Shown here piece by piece: positions 18,631 to 28,383 of a DNA stretch of 64,000 bases (within the stretch, counting starts at the first letter, position 1; every line of letters starts with the position of its first letter). Position numbers and translations under genes: made by a program. Source of the DNA: Bdellovibrionia bacterium (GTDB lineage Bacteria > Bdellovibrionota > UBA1018). The stretch lies in the NCBI GenBank assembly GCA_040399745.1, contig JBBARP010000009.1:117665-181664 (forward strand), in the 5' to 3' direction. The notes under the pieces were generated by a model. It worked only from the letters and a program-made list of their open reading frames with translations. It had not been told where the DNA came from and did no database searches.

Positions 18631-21345
18631 TTGGCAGTGCGGGATTTAGCTCGGGAAGTAAGCGAGACTGAAGATTCCTCCTGGACTTGGGAATCTCTAG
18701 GTGGACTGACGCCATCGTCTTGGCTGTGTGTGGGCGAGGGGTACTCGCGCGAAGAGCTGAAGACGGGCCTCTTAGTCCGAGGCTTAGCGCTCAGCGACTC
18801 GGCCGTGACCAACACGATGGGGCTGGCTCGAAGAGTTCTGGAAGAGCACCCTGAGAGTGGCTTTCGTGCCGAGCGCCTTCTCGGCAAATTTGCTCGCCAA
18901 GAAGCCCTGAAGTCACTGATTGTCCGCCCTGAAATTTTGGAGCACTTGCCCGAGATCAAAAAGCTGCGCCGAAGTCGCACGCACTTAAGAAAGCTCGATC
19001 GCGCCCTTCAGGCGGGCCGCAAAGTGTTCTCAGGAGAAGCCGAAGAAGCCGTCCTGGAAGAAAGGCTCGTGGAGCGCCTGGGCGATGGCACGGGGCGACT
19101 CCGCCGCGAGCTCCGCATCCTTTCGCTCGCTTGGCAGGTCTGGCTCGAGGAGCAAAATCTTTGGGACGATGTGCGTTTACTTCGGGACGCGGTTTCGGCG
19201 GTCCGAGAAGTGTCGCTTCAGTGGCCCGAGAGGATTTTGGATTTAAGCTTAGGTACTCGGGAAGGCCTGGAAGAATCTTTCTGGAACGAGCTTGAGCAAA
19301 AAGTGAAGTGCTTGAAAGTGCCCCCAGAGCGGCTCTCTGGGCTTGCGGTAGAGGCTTCCGAAATTTTGGGCAAGCGTTGGCACACTTGGGATGATGCTTG
19401 TCGCGATTTAGCCGAACGCCTCAGCGCGGAAAATCCGGATTGGAGTCAAAACCCTTGGGTCGTGGTGATTCCCGATCAGCCCGCGCTTCGCCGATCTTTG
19501 CTTCGCGCTTTGGAAGCTGCGAAAATTCCGCTGGCCGATACTCGCGACCCTTCGCGCCTGAGGTGGGACGAAGGAATCAAACGCGGACTTTTGCCCTTGG
19601 AAGTGGTGGCTTCGCGATTTGAGCGTGAACTCGTCTTCTCGTGGATCGGTCACCAGCTTTCCCCTGAGCAAGCTCAGGAGATTCACGACCGAGGCATCCG
19701 AAGCGGCTTAGAAGCTTATTCGGGGGGAAGGCTCGATTGGCTTCACACCAAACTCGAGCGCGTGGAAAAGCGGTTTTCTCGCCGCCTGAGCGTGAAGGAT
19801 CTGAAAGCAGAGCACCTAGCCGAACTCGACTTTGAAGCTTCTCGAAGCCCAGAGTTAGTCGAGCTTCTCAGCTTTTTTGAGGGGACTTGGGACGCCATCG
19901 AATCGGATCTGGAGCTTTTAGAAGGCGAAACGGGCCTGACGCGTAAAGCTCCCCTTCTTTTTTGGATTGAGAAGCTTCGCGAGCGAGTTCAGGAAGGCTC
20001 GCCTCCGGTGGATTACGCGCGCCCCCGGCACGGCTTAGCCATTTATCGACTCACTCAGGCGCCGCTCACTCGCTTTGAGCGAGTGGTTTTTCTTGGGCTT
20101 CCTGCCGGATGGCTCGGAGGCGAGAGCGTCGGAGATGCTTGGTTCAGTGCGCGCGAACGAGAAGCCCTAGCGGCAGACTTCACACTGCGATCGGGAGTCA
20201 GGCAGCGGCAAGAGCGAAAAGCACTACTCGATCTTTGGTGGGGCGCCTCAAGCGGGACCGTCGAAGTGATCGATGCTGGCTACGAGTGGAATGGCCGCGA
20301 GCGAGAGTCGTTGGCTCCGCTCTTCAAATCTTGGGGCAAGGAATTGCCCGAGTTTACCGATTCCGGCGGAAACGCAGCCTGGGCGCCCAGTCACGGACCG
20401 GCACCTGATATGCCGGTCCGAGTGTCGAAGCTGGGGCGCGATCCGGCTCACAAGCTCGACGAAGCAACCGGAAAGCCGCTGTTTCGAGCCACCGACGTGG
20501 ATCGCTTCAGTCAGTGCTCGTTCGTGGGTTTGACTCAGAGTCGATGGAAGCTTCGCGATGTGCGTACCTCCGAGCCCGATCTTTGGCCCGATCAGCAAGG
20601 CGTGTTGCTGCACGCCGCGGTTCGCCTCTTGGTCGAAGCGCGAAGTGATGAAGGCACCTTTTTGATTTCACCCGAGCAGGCGCTTGAGAAGGCTTGGGAA
20701 GAGCACCGTTTGAAAGGACTTTGGAAAGGGCAACGCCTCCACGCTTTGGCGCGAAAGCGTCTTTTGCCGGTGTTGAAAGTGTTTTGCGAGAAAGAAGCCG
20801 AATACACCCGTCGATCGGGAGCTCGCGTTTCGAGTCTCGAGGGCCCTGAGCTTCGCATGGATTTTGGTGATTTTGTCGTGGCCGGTCGGCCCGACCGGAT
20901 CGACCAGCACGAAGCTGGCCTTTTTGTGATCGATTACAAATCGGGATCGAAAAACGCCAAAGGCCGGCAAATGATCGATCAGGGCTATAAACTTCAGCTC
21001 CCGTTCTATGCACTGGCAGTGCAAGGGCAGTTGGGGCGAACGGCTGTCGGTGTGCAGTTTGTCGAACTGAATCGAAAAGCCGCTCGTTCTCAGGGGATTT
21101 TCTTCAAAGCTTGGAATGGAAAAAAGCCTGGCTGCTTGACGGCTACCACCGCGAATTCGACGAGTCTCATTTCTGAGGAGCCGGAAAACGTTTGGTCAAA
21201 AGTAGAAGATCACCTTCTGGAAAAAGGGACTCGCTACCTTACCGGTGAATTCGAGGCGCGCCCGGTGGATCCGAAGGACTGCGACGGCTGTCGATTCGGA
21301 GACCTCTGCGGTGCGCGACGCCGCGGGATCGAGGAAGAAGAATGA
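18631..21345 (+). CDS. AddB-like PD-(D/E)XK nuclease subunit of a helicase-nuclease complex
   Basis: C-terminal GRPDRID..VIDYKSG nuclease motif, an upstream Cys (FSQCSF) and a terminal CDGCRFGDLC cluster arranged as in the AddB iron-sulfur staple. No canonical Walker A seen. Confidence 0.7.
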   Translation: MAVRDLAREVSETEDSSWTWESLGGLTPSSWLCVGEGYSREELKTGLLVRGLALSDSAVTNTMGLARRVLEEHPESGFRAERLLGKFARQEALKSLIVRPEILEHLPEIKKLRRSRTHLRKLDRALQAGRKVFSGEAEEAVLEERLVERLGDGTGRLRRELRILSLAWQVWLEEQNLWDDVRLLRDAVSAVREVSLQWPERILDLSLGTREGLEESFWNELEQKVKCLKVPPERLSGLAVEASEILGKRWHTWDDACRDLAERLSAENPDWSQNPWVVVIPDQPALRRSLLRALEAAKIPLADTRDPSRLRWDEGIKRGLLPLEVVASRFERELVFSWIGHQLSPEQAQEIHDRGIRSGLEAYSGGRLDWLHTKLERVEKRFSRRLSVKDLKAEHLAELDFEASRSPELVELLSFFEGTWDAIESDLELLEGETGLTRKAPLLFWIEKLRERVQEGSPPVDYARPRHGLAIYRLTQAPLTRFERVVFLGLPAGWLGGESVGDAWFSAREREALAADFTLRSGVRQRQERKALLDLWWGASSGTVEVIDAGYEWNGRERESLAPLFKSWGKELPEFTDSGGNAAWAPSHGPAPDMPVRVSKLGRDPAHKLDEATGKPLFRATDVDRFSQCSFVGLTQSRWKLRDVRTSEPDLWPDQQGVLLHAAVRLLVEARSDEGTFLISPEQALEKAWEEHRLKGLWKGQRLHALARKRLLPVLKVFCEKEAEYTRRSGARVSSLEGPELRMDFGDFVVAGRPDRIDQHEAGLFVIDYKSGSKNAKGRQMIDQGYKLQLPFYALAVQGQLGRTAVGVQFVELNRKAARSQGIFFKAWNGKKPGCLTATTANSTSLISEEPENVWSKVEDHLLEKGTRYLTGEFEARPVDPKDCDGCRFGDLCGARRRGIEEEE

Positions 21346-21364
21346 GACTCCTGGAGAGGTTGAA

Positions 21365-24202
21365 ATGAGTACGCTTGCGCAGCTCACTCCCGAGCAAAGG
21401 CAAGTCGTCGACCAGTGGGGTCGCGGGATGGCCGTGCTGGCGGGCGCGGGTTCTGGCAAGACGACGACTTTGGTCGTGAAGTGTCAGGAGCTGATGAATC
21501 GCAATCCCGAAGCCCGCATTGCCGCGGTCAGTTTTACCGAAAAATCAGCCTCTGATTTGCGCGAGAAGCTTTCTACGCGTCTTCCGGGCGAGGACCCACT
21601 CAGGCGGCACTGGGTAGCGACGATTCACGGGCTTTGTTCTTCCATCATCCGCGAATTTCCGATGGAAGCGGGGTTTGAAGGCGAAGAAGCGATGATGGAC
21701 GAAGCGTCGTCTCGCCTACTTTGGCAAGAAGCAGTGTCCGCGCTCTGGTTTGACGAATTGCCCGAAGCTTTAGGCGCAGCTTTAGATCGGCTTTTGGAGC
21801 GAGAACGTCGTGAGGAGCTTGAAGCGCTCCTCCTTCGGGTTCGGGAGCTTGAGTCGTTTGGCGTTTTGTCGAGGCTTCGCGGCCTGGAGCCAGAGGCTTT
21901 AGATCCCTCGGCAGTCGACTTGAAGCTCGTTTCAGAATTCGTTCTGGAGCGTTACACGCGCTTGAAGCGTCGCCGCGGGCAGATGGATTTTGGCGATCTC
22001 GAGATGGGCGCCGATCGCGCGCTTGAGCACCCGGCAGTTCAGGAAGCCCTTCAGAAGCGCTTTGACTTGGTTTTGGTCGATGAGTTTCAGGACACAAACC
22101 CTTTGCAAGCGCGCATCTTGTGGCGCGTGGCGAAGCCTGGAGCGACCAATCTTTGCGTCGTGGGGGATCCGAAACAGAGCATTTATCGGTTTCGCGACGC
22201 CGACGTGAGCGTGTTTGAAGAACTTTGCTCGCGCCTTCCGGTGCGAGTGACGTTGACCTGGAACTTTAGAAGTCGCCCCGGAATCATTCATTTCTCGAAC
22301 CAAGTTTGCGCGCCGATTTTTGAACAGTCGCAACTGGAGTACGTACCGCTGGACCCGAAGCGGGAACTCCATCCTGAAGGGCTTCTTCCGGTAGAGAAGC
22401 TCGAAATCGAGAGCCCTCAAGCTTTAGCGCGCGCGATTCGAGCTGAAGTGGAGCGAGGCATTCCACTCGGCAGCTTTGCCCTGCTCCTTCGAAAGATTCG
22501 AGGCAACGAAGATTGGCTGAAAGCTTTACGAGCGGAAGGTATCCCGGTCGCTGTCGGGAGTGGCGGCTTGTTTTGGGCAGAACCGCGCGTTCGAGAATTG
22601 TCCTCCCTCATTCGCTGGTGGGACTTAGGCGGGAACGCTCTGAGTGGCGCAGTTTTTCTGCGTGCGCCTTGGGTGGGAGTGGATGACGCCACTCTGGACC
22701 ACTGGCTCAGAGAAGATCCTTCTCTGAAGAAAGCTTTCTTTGAGTCCACTCATCGCTTGGCTGTGCTTCTTCGCCCCCTTCAGGGCAAGCGAGTCCGGCC
22801 GGCCGAGTTGATTCTGAAACTTTTGGATGATCCTCTCATTGAGAGGGACTTAGGCGTTCAAGCATTGGGGCTTTGGCACCGCTTGGAAGAGTGGAGTTCG
22901 CGCGGTCTTGATTTTCACGCAGTCGCTTCGGAGCTTCAGACTTGTTTAGAAGAGGAGCGGCGTGAAGCGGAAGTGCCGCCGCCGCGGGGGCAAGGTCAAC
23001 TGACGGTTCTGACCGTTCACGGTTCCAAGGGCTTAGAGTTTGATCACGTGATTTTGATCGACCTTCCCGCACGCTCGGCACGCCCTGGAGACAGTCCTCT
23101 TCTGTACTGGGATCGCAAAGAGGGCGCCTACCTCGTGCGCCGAGACGAAGACGGGGATCGCGATTCGAAGAACACCGAAAATGCGCGTTGGAAGGATCTG
23201 GAAAAGGCGAAAGCATTGGCTGAATCCAAGCGACTTTTTTATGTCGCTTTGACGAGGGCTCGCGAGCGTCTGTGGCTGGTCTATCCGCCGTCAGCAAAAG
23301 CGCCGAAGGAGCTTGAGACCGGTTGGGAAGAGACGCTCGGAAAAGATTATTGGCGCGGGTGGATTGAAGCCAGCGCTCGTGTTCCGGCTTATGACTTCGC
23401 TTCGGCCACCACGCCCGTGCTCGGAGCAGACGTTGCCCCGGCGGAGGAATTCCGTTCTGTTTCCAGCCCAGAAATGCCCCGCGCTGCTTCCGCTGCCGCT
23501 CTCACTAAACCCACGGTTCTACTTCATCGACCTCGCTACAGCGTGACCGAGTGGAACTTGCTTGGGCGCTGTCCTCGCGCATTTGAATGGACTCGCGTTA
23601 GGCCCCGCTTGGGTGAACGACGAAAAGATGAGGATAACGAGCAGACCGAACTGGGGACCGAAGTGCATCGTTTGCTCGAACTGGGTGACTTTGAGGGGCT
23701 TCGTGCTCTTGGCGCCGCTGCTGCTGCGGAATGGGCAGAGAGCGATCCTCTGATGCTTCCGCCGGACGCTGCTCATGGGCGCCAGGTTTGGAAGGAGTTC
23801 TCGTTTGAGGTCTCGATTCAGGGTGAAACGCTGGTCGGCTCGATGGACCGCTTGGTGCTTGATGCCGGCCGCTACACCGTAGTGGATTTCAAATTCACCA
23901 AAAAATTGAAGCGAGAAGCCGAGCTCTTTGAAGCTTACGGTAATCAAGTCAGGCTTTATGCCCGCGCCTTGGAGCTTCTCGAGCCAGCGGCTCAAGGGAA
24001 GACCGATGTGGTCATTGTGAACCTGACCCGCGAAGAGGCGAAAAGCTGGAAGTTGCCTCTAGAAAAAGTGGGGCAAGATCCGAATCGTTTGGCTGCGCAG
24101 GCCGCCGCGATTGTGGCAGGATCAGACGGGATGGCTCGCGTCAGTTCATTGTGTGGAACGTGTCCACACCGTCGCCAATGTCCGGAGGCTCAAGCTCAAT
24201 GA
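21365..24202 (+). CDS. UvrD-family helicase / AddA-like helicase-nuclease subunit
   Basis: GGAGAGG RBS then ATG at 21365. Walker A GAGSGKTT, UvrD motifs, and a C-terminal nuclease block MDRLVLD...VVDFKF followed by CGTCPHRRQC. Confidence 0.8.
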   Translation: MSTLAQLTPEQRQVVDQWGRGMAVLAGAGSGKTTTLVVKCQELMNRNPEARIAAVSFTEKSASDLREKLSTRLPGEDPLRRHWVATIHGLCSSIIREFPMEAGFEGEEAMMDEASSRLLWQEAVSALWFDELPEALGAALDRLLERERREELEALLLRVRELESFGVLSRLRGLEPEALDPSAVDLKLVSEFVLERYTRLKRRRGQMDFGDLEMGADRALEHPAVQEALQKRFDLVLVDEFQDTNPLQARILWRVAKPGATNLCVVGDPKQSIYRFRDADVSVFEELCSRLPVRVTLTWNFRSRPGIIHFSNQVCAPIFEQSQLEYVPLDPKRELHPEGLLPVEKLEIESPQALARAIRAEVERGIPLGSFALLLRKIRGNEDWLKALRAEGIPVAVGSGGLFWAEPRVRELSSLIRWWDLGGNALSGAVFLRAPWVGVDDATLDHWLREDPSLKKAFFESTHRLAVLLRPLQGKRVRPAELILKLLDDPLIERDLGVQALGLWHRLEEWSSRGLDFHAVASELQTCLEEERREAEVPPPRGQGQLTVLTVHGSKGLEFDHVILIDLPARSARPGDSPLLYWDRKEGAYLVRRDEDGDRDSKNTENARWKDLEKAKALAESKRLFYVALTRARERLWLVYPPSAKAPKELETGWEETLGKDYWRGWIEASARVPAYDFASATTPVLGADVAPAEEFRSVSSPEMPRAASAAALTKPTVLLHRPRYSVTEWNLLGRCPRAFEWTRVRPRLGERRKDEDNEQTELGTEVHRLLELGDFEGLRALGAAAAAEWAESDPLMLPPDAAHGRQVWKEFSFEVSIQGETLVGSMDRLVLDAGRYTVVDFKFTKKLKREAELFEAYGNQVRLYARALELLEPAAQGKTDVVIVNLTREEAKSWKLPLEKVGQDPNRLAAQAAAIVAGSDGMARVSSLCGTCPHRRQCPEAQAQ

Positions 24203-25026
24203 AAGGCATCCACGGTCGAGGTCCTCGTTCTTGGTCGCAGCCCCACCTGAGCGTGCTCACTTGCACGGGAAAAGATCCGAAAGCTTTTGCTGAGCGGATT
24301 TTGCCTTCCGTTCTGAATCAAAGTGCGACTGATTTTGAATGGGTGATTGTGAATGAAGGCGGCGATTTAGCGATTCGCCGAAGTGTCGAGGCTTTGGATG
24401 ATGCTTTGGGGATCAGTTACGTCGAGATGCCGAAGCCTCGCCAAGGTACGGGTTTAGCCTTTGCCAGAAATCTGGGACTCCTCGAAGCGCGAGGCGCTTT
24501 CGTTCTCTACGCAGACGAGTCGGCGGTTTTGGGCTTGGAGTCAGTCGGTACGGTCATTTCTTTCTTAGAAAGCCAACCCAGTTTGCGCATGGGAAAATTG
24601 AGTGCACGTCCTGTGGTGGGTTCCGTCTTGGGTGGAGGAAAATCTACCGGAGCGGTGAAAATTGCGGAGTGCGCGCTCGATAGTCGCGCACTGCTGGGCG
24701 AGTCGGGTTTGGGGTTTGAAGCGAGTGGCTTTTTCCATGTTCGAGCTGAATCGCCGCGCTGGAATCCCGATTTTCTTCCGCTTCTGGGAACCGAGTTTTT
24801 ACTTCGTGCGGCCGAACGGTGGGGAGCAAACTCGTTTCCACAAGTCGTAGCCCCTGAAGCTTGGCTTGAGTTGTCGGAGCGTTTGGGTCCTTCAGAAGAG
24901 TTGCTTCTGCGCGAGCGAGAACGCCTTTGGCAAGCGCGGGGACGGTACCCGCTTTTACTTTCGGATCCGGGGATCGGAGAACGCTTTCGCATCAATAGCC
25001 GAAGCGAGGATCCGACGCTCGGCTAA
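24199..25026 (+). CDS. glycosyltransferase family 2-like protein with degenerate DxD
   Basis: LSVLTCTGKD..ILPSVLNQSATDFEWVIVNEGGD...AFARNLGLLEARGAFVLYADES follows the GT2 A-domain pattern, but has NEGG in place of DDGS and ADES in place of DADD. Its ATG overlaps the addA stop. Confidence 0.5.
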   Translation: MKGIHGRGPRSWSQPHLSVLTCTGKDPKAFAERILPSVLNQSATDFEWVIVNEGGDLAIRRSVEALDDALGISYVEMPKPRQGTGLAFARNLGLLEARGAFVLYADESAVLGLESVGTVISFLESQPSLRMGKLSARPVVGSVLGGGKSTGAVKIAECALDSRALLGESGLGFEASGFFHVRAESPRWNPDFLPLLGTEFLLRAAERWGANSFPQVVAPEAWLELSERLGPSEELLLRERERLWQARGRYPLLLSDPGIGERFRINSRSEDPTLG

Positions 25027-25091
25027 GAGCGCGAATCCCCGCTTCGAAAGGGGAGAGCAGTATTTGGGAGAACCTCCCCGATAGCAGCCAA

Positions 25092-25811
25092 TCAGATGTT
25101 GATGTCGATGGGCTGGGGGAGTCCTTGAATGGTCATGAGCATGCGACCGCCGTACAGAAGATTACCGTAACGGCCTGCACGCTGAAGGTTCAGACCAGTG
25201 ACGCAAAGGTTCTGAGTCATGGCCGGATTCACGCCATTGAAGCCGTTATTGAAGCCGTTATTGAAACCGTTGTTAAAACCGTTATTGAAGCCAGCGCCCC
25301 AGCCCATGCCGGTGTTGAATCCACCGCCACCGTAAGCTTGCATGTAGGTCACGATCTGCTGAAGCTTCAGAGCACTCAAGGTGAGTTGACCGGTGACTTG
25401 GACCGGTCCCGCTTGATAGCTCATGTAGTTTCCGTAAACCGAAGGCGTGGTCGAAGTGGCCTGGATGTTTACGTTCGCTTCAGGGATGCGGCCGTTGGCT
25501 TGGTTGGTGAGCTGAATGGTATTGCCAGCAAAGCCTGCTGCTCCATTGAAACCTGCTCCGAAACCCGCGCCGTTGAAGCCGGCGCCAACCTGAGCTTGAG
25601 TGATGCTGAGCGAAGCGCTGTCCATGTAGCCTTGGCCAGTGAAGGCGATGGCTCCCGTCAATGGGGCACAGCCACCGTTGACGCCGCCTGGAAACAACGG
25701 ATTGCCGACGCCTCCAATCGGGGTGTTCTGATTTGCGGCGGGACCGCAGGCCGTGAAGAGTCCTGCAGCAACGAGCGCCAGGGCGGAAAATTTAGTAATC
25801 GGGGAACGCAT
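25092..25811 (-). CDS. lipoprotein with a Gly/Asn/Phe-rich repeat region
   Basis: GGAGG RBS 7 nt before the ATG at 25811. Signal peptide plus lipobox (LFTAC). Contains a (NNGFN)x4 array encoded by tandem 15-bp repeats at about 25236..25292. Confidence 0.55.
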   Translation of the reverse strand: MRSPITKFSALALVAAGLFTACGPAANQNTPIGGVGNPLFPGGVNGGCAPLTGAIAFTGQGYMDSASLSITQAQVGAGFNGAGFGAGFNGAAGFAGNTIQLTNQANGRIPEANVNIQATSTTPSVYGNYMSYQAGPVQVTGQLTLSALKLQQIVTYMQAYGGGGFNTGMGWGAGFNNGFNNGFNNGFNNGFNGVNPAMTQNLCVTGLNLQRAGRYGNLLYGGRMLMTIQGLPQPIDINI

Positions 25812-26039
25812 ATTCAATACCTCCAAAATGAGACTGCTCTCTCAAGGAGTCTCTTCAGCAAGGCCGGTGCCAACCCCTGCTGTCCCGGTTCATGCGATAG
25901 GAGTGCTTGGAATGAAAGGAAAAAATCAACACCGTTGGGTGAACGGCATGTTCAGTAACTGGCACCGGGGTGTCTAGGTTTTGAACACCTGTCCTGCGAA
26001 GTCAGGAAAAGAGGACCGTTTTTGACTCGAATTTCGGAT

Positions 26040-26867
26040 TTAGTGGACCCGGCACTGGGAGAGGGCCTGGCGGGCCAATCGGGTACCGGAGTCCTTCCGG
26101 AACTGGTCCACAGCCTGGGCCAACGCAATGGCCAGCTTCATTCGGGTCAGGGGTTGGAGCACTTGTACGCGGTCTTCGCTGCTCGACATGAACCCGGCTT
26201 CGAGTAGGGCCGAGGGCATGTCGGCTCCGAGAAGGACGTGAAAGAGCGCCTGTTTGACGCCTCGGTCGCGAGGGCCCTTTGCGCCTGTGACCCGAACCAG
26301 TGTGTCCTGAATGGCACAGGCTAAGCGCTTGGAGTCCGAGAGATTCGCGTCCAAGGTCAGGTCCTTCAGGATCAAAGCGACGTCGGCTGAGTCGGCCTGA
26401 GTTTTCACTTCTGGGAGGTTGGGGCGATTGGAGCTGTTCTCCAGGTAAGCCAGCCGAAGCGAGCTTTCGCTGGAAGTGTTGTTCAGGATGAAGGTTTCTA
26501 CGCCCCGGGGAGACGGATTTCTTTGGCCGGTGGGGGTCGAGTTCATATGAATCGAAATAAATAGATCGGCCTTTTGGCGATTCGCCAGGGCCGTCCGTTC
26601 CGAAAGAGGGACTTCGGCGTCCCGGCTTCGAGTCAGGGAAACCTGGATTCCGCGCAGTTGAAGTTGTTTCTTGGCCTCCAGGGCGAGCGCCAAGGTGAGG
26701 TCTTTCTCGGCTAAAACCTTTCCGTCGTGTTCAGCAGTGGCGCCCAGGTCGGCGCCTCCATGGCCTGGATCCAGCACCACCCGGAAAGGGCGCGGGGCGG
26801 CCTGCCCTGAAGGGTTCCAGGCTGCGAGGGCTAGGGCTGAGAATAAGAACGTTGAGAGGCGCGACAT
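26040..26867 (-). CDS. N-acetylmuramoyl-L-alanine amidase (Amidase_3, AmiC-like)
   Basis: Signal peptide, then VVLDPGHGG..GA (Amidase_3 zinc-binding start) and an internal HMNS motif. Confidence 0.75.
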   Translation of the reverse strand: MSRLSTFLFSALALAAWNPSGQAAPRPFRVVLDPGHGGADLGATAEHDGKVLAEKDLTLALALEAKKQLQLRGIQVSLTRSRDAEVPLSERTALANRQKADLFISIHMNSTPTGQRNPSPRGVETFILNNTSSESSLRLAYLENSSNRPNLPEVKTQADSADVALILKDLTLDANLSDSKRLACAIQDTLVRVTGAKGPRDRGVKQALFHVLLGADMPSALLEAGFMSSSEDRVQVLQPLTRMKLAIALAQAVDQFRKDSGTRLARQALSQCRVH

Positions 26868-26902
26868 TGAGCTTCTTTCCAGCTTATGGGACACGCTTTT
26901 CC

Positions 26903-28000
26903 ATGAGCAAGCTTGGGCAAGGTCTGCAGCGTTTGGGCGACTGGTTTGACCGCCAAAAACGGGTTCTGCCATGGCGGGACGATCCGAGTCTTTATCGGGT
27001 GTGGATCTCGGAGATCATGTTGCAGCAAACCCAAGTGGTGACCGTGGTGCCTTACTTTCAGCGGTTTTTGGCCCGATTCCCGACGGTTCAGGACCTAGCC
27101 TGCGCCCCAGAAAGCGCTGTGGTCGAGGCTTGGGCGGGTTTAGGTTACTATTCTCGCGCCCGGAACCTCCAGAAGGCGGCGCAATTCATTGTAGCCGCTG
27201 GAGCCTTCCCAGAGACCCGCGAGGGGTGGCTTGAGCTTCCCGGGGTGGGGCCGTACACGGCTGGCGCAATCATTTCGATTGCGCTTGATCAGCCAGAACC
27301 CATTCTGGACGGCAACGTCGAGCGAGTGCTTTCACGTCTGCGCCTGATTCGGCGCTCTCGGGGCGAAGCTCAGGCCAAGGCACGCCTCTGGCGGCTTTCG
27401 GCCCTGCTGGTTCAGCAAGGAGTCGGCTTTGGGGTTCGGCCCAGAGTGCTCAATCAGGCCTTGATGGAGCTCGGGGCCACGCACTGTAGCCCGCGGAACC
27501 CTGTCTGTTCGGTCTGCCCATTGGCGGACCTCTGCCGAGCCCATCAGACCCAGCCCGGGCAGGAAGACGCTTTCCCAGAGCGCAAGAAGCCTAAAGAGTG
27601 GCTCAAGGTGGAAGAGGTGCGGGAAGCTGTCTTTGATCGCCTGGGGCAGGTTCTGGTGCGCCAGAGTCTGCCTGGGGAGTGGCGGGCTGGGCTTTGGGAT
27701 TTGCCGTCCCCCGAGGACCGCGAAAAGCAGCTCAAAAAAAGCCCGCTGCACTGGGTGGCGGGTGTCGGGAGCGAGGTTTTGAGTCGTCACGTCGTGACTC
27801 GCCACAAAATCGAGAGAAAGACCCGAATCGGCGTTTTAACGGGAAGCCCGGACGGTGGAGGTGGTTTTACCGAGTCCACGGGCTGGCTTTGGGTGGATCC
27901 CCGGTCGCCTGGGGTGGCGGTAGGCAGCTCGTTCAATAAAACTCTATCTATGATTCTCGAACGTTACGCAGAAGTAGGAAAAAATTCTGGATCAACCTGA
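26903..28000 (+). CDS. mutY: A/G-specific adenine DNA glycosylase
   Basis: HhH-GPD motif (LPGVGPYTAGAI), Fe-S cluster Cys (CSPRNPVCSVCPLADLC) and a C-terminal NUDIX-like domain. Confidence 0.8.
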   Translation: MSKLGQGLQRLGDWFDRQKRVLPWRDDPSLYRVWISEIMLQQTQVVTVVPYFQRFLARFPTVQDLACAPESAVVEAWAGLGYYSRARNLQKAAQFIVAAGAFPETREGWLELPGVGPYTAGAIISIALDQPEPILDGNVERVLSRLRLIRRSRGEAQAKARLWRLSALLVQQGVGFGVRPRVLNQALMELGATHCSPRNPVCSVCPLADLCRAHQTQPGQEDAFPERKKPKEWLKVEEVREAVFDRLGQVLVRQSLPGEWRAGLWDLPSPEDREKQLKKSPLHWVAGVGSEVLSRHVVTRHKIERKTRIGVLTGSPDGGGGFTESTGWLWVDPRSPGVAVGSSFNKTLSMILERYAEVGKNSGST

Positions 28001-28080
28001 GAGAATGCTTGGGATTCTTCTTTTTTCCTGACAAAATTAGTCAAGGTTAAAGAATGTCGCGTAACCCACTTCAACTTCAG

Positions 28081-28359
28081 ATGAATTTTCCAAAATGGAT
28101 AGGGACCTCACTTCTGATTCTGGCCCTGTTCGGGGGCTCGGGCCCTGCTTTTGCGAACGCAGACTGTGAGGGGCATGCGCGTGCTTTGCGACGCCAGTTT
28201 CAGCAAAAGTGCATGACGCAGCGCGATGAGTCGGAGCGCGAAAAATGCGCCGAGCACGTTGCCGCGAAAGTGGTTCCGAGCGTTCCGAGTTGTCGGGACG
28301 ATCTGGCAACAGTGAAGTCCGACTTCTTGGCCGGAGTGCTGATCTCTCCCGGGCACTGA
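28081..28359 (+). CDS. small secreted 4-Cys protein, hypothetical
   Basis: Signal peptide MNFPKWIGTSLLILALFGGSGPAFA. About 65-aa mature part with 4 Cys. No known motif. Confidence 0.3.
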   Translation: MNFPKWIGTSLLILALFGGSGPAFANADCEGHARALRRQFQQKCMTQRDESEREKCAEHVAAKVVPSVPSCRDDLATVKSDFLAGVLISPGH

Positions 28360-28383
28360 GGCTTTCAGTCGCTTCAACTCGCT

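Noticed and set aside
25125-25958. 277-aa plus-strand ORF opposite the GFNN lipoprotein
   Set aside because: The minus-strand gene has a GGAGG RBS, signal peptide and lipobox. The plus-strand frame is a mirror of the repeat, with VIEAVIE-type artefact repeats.
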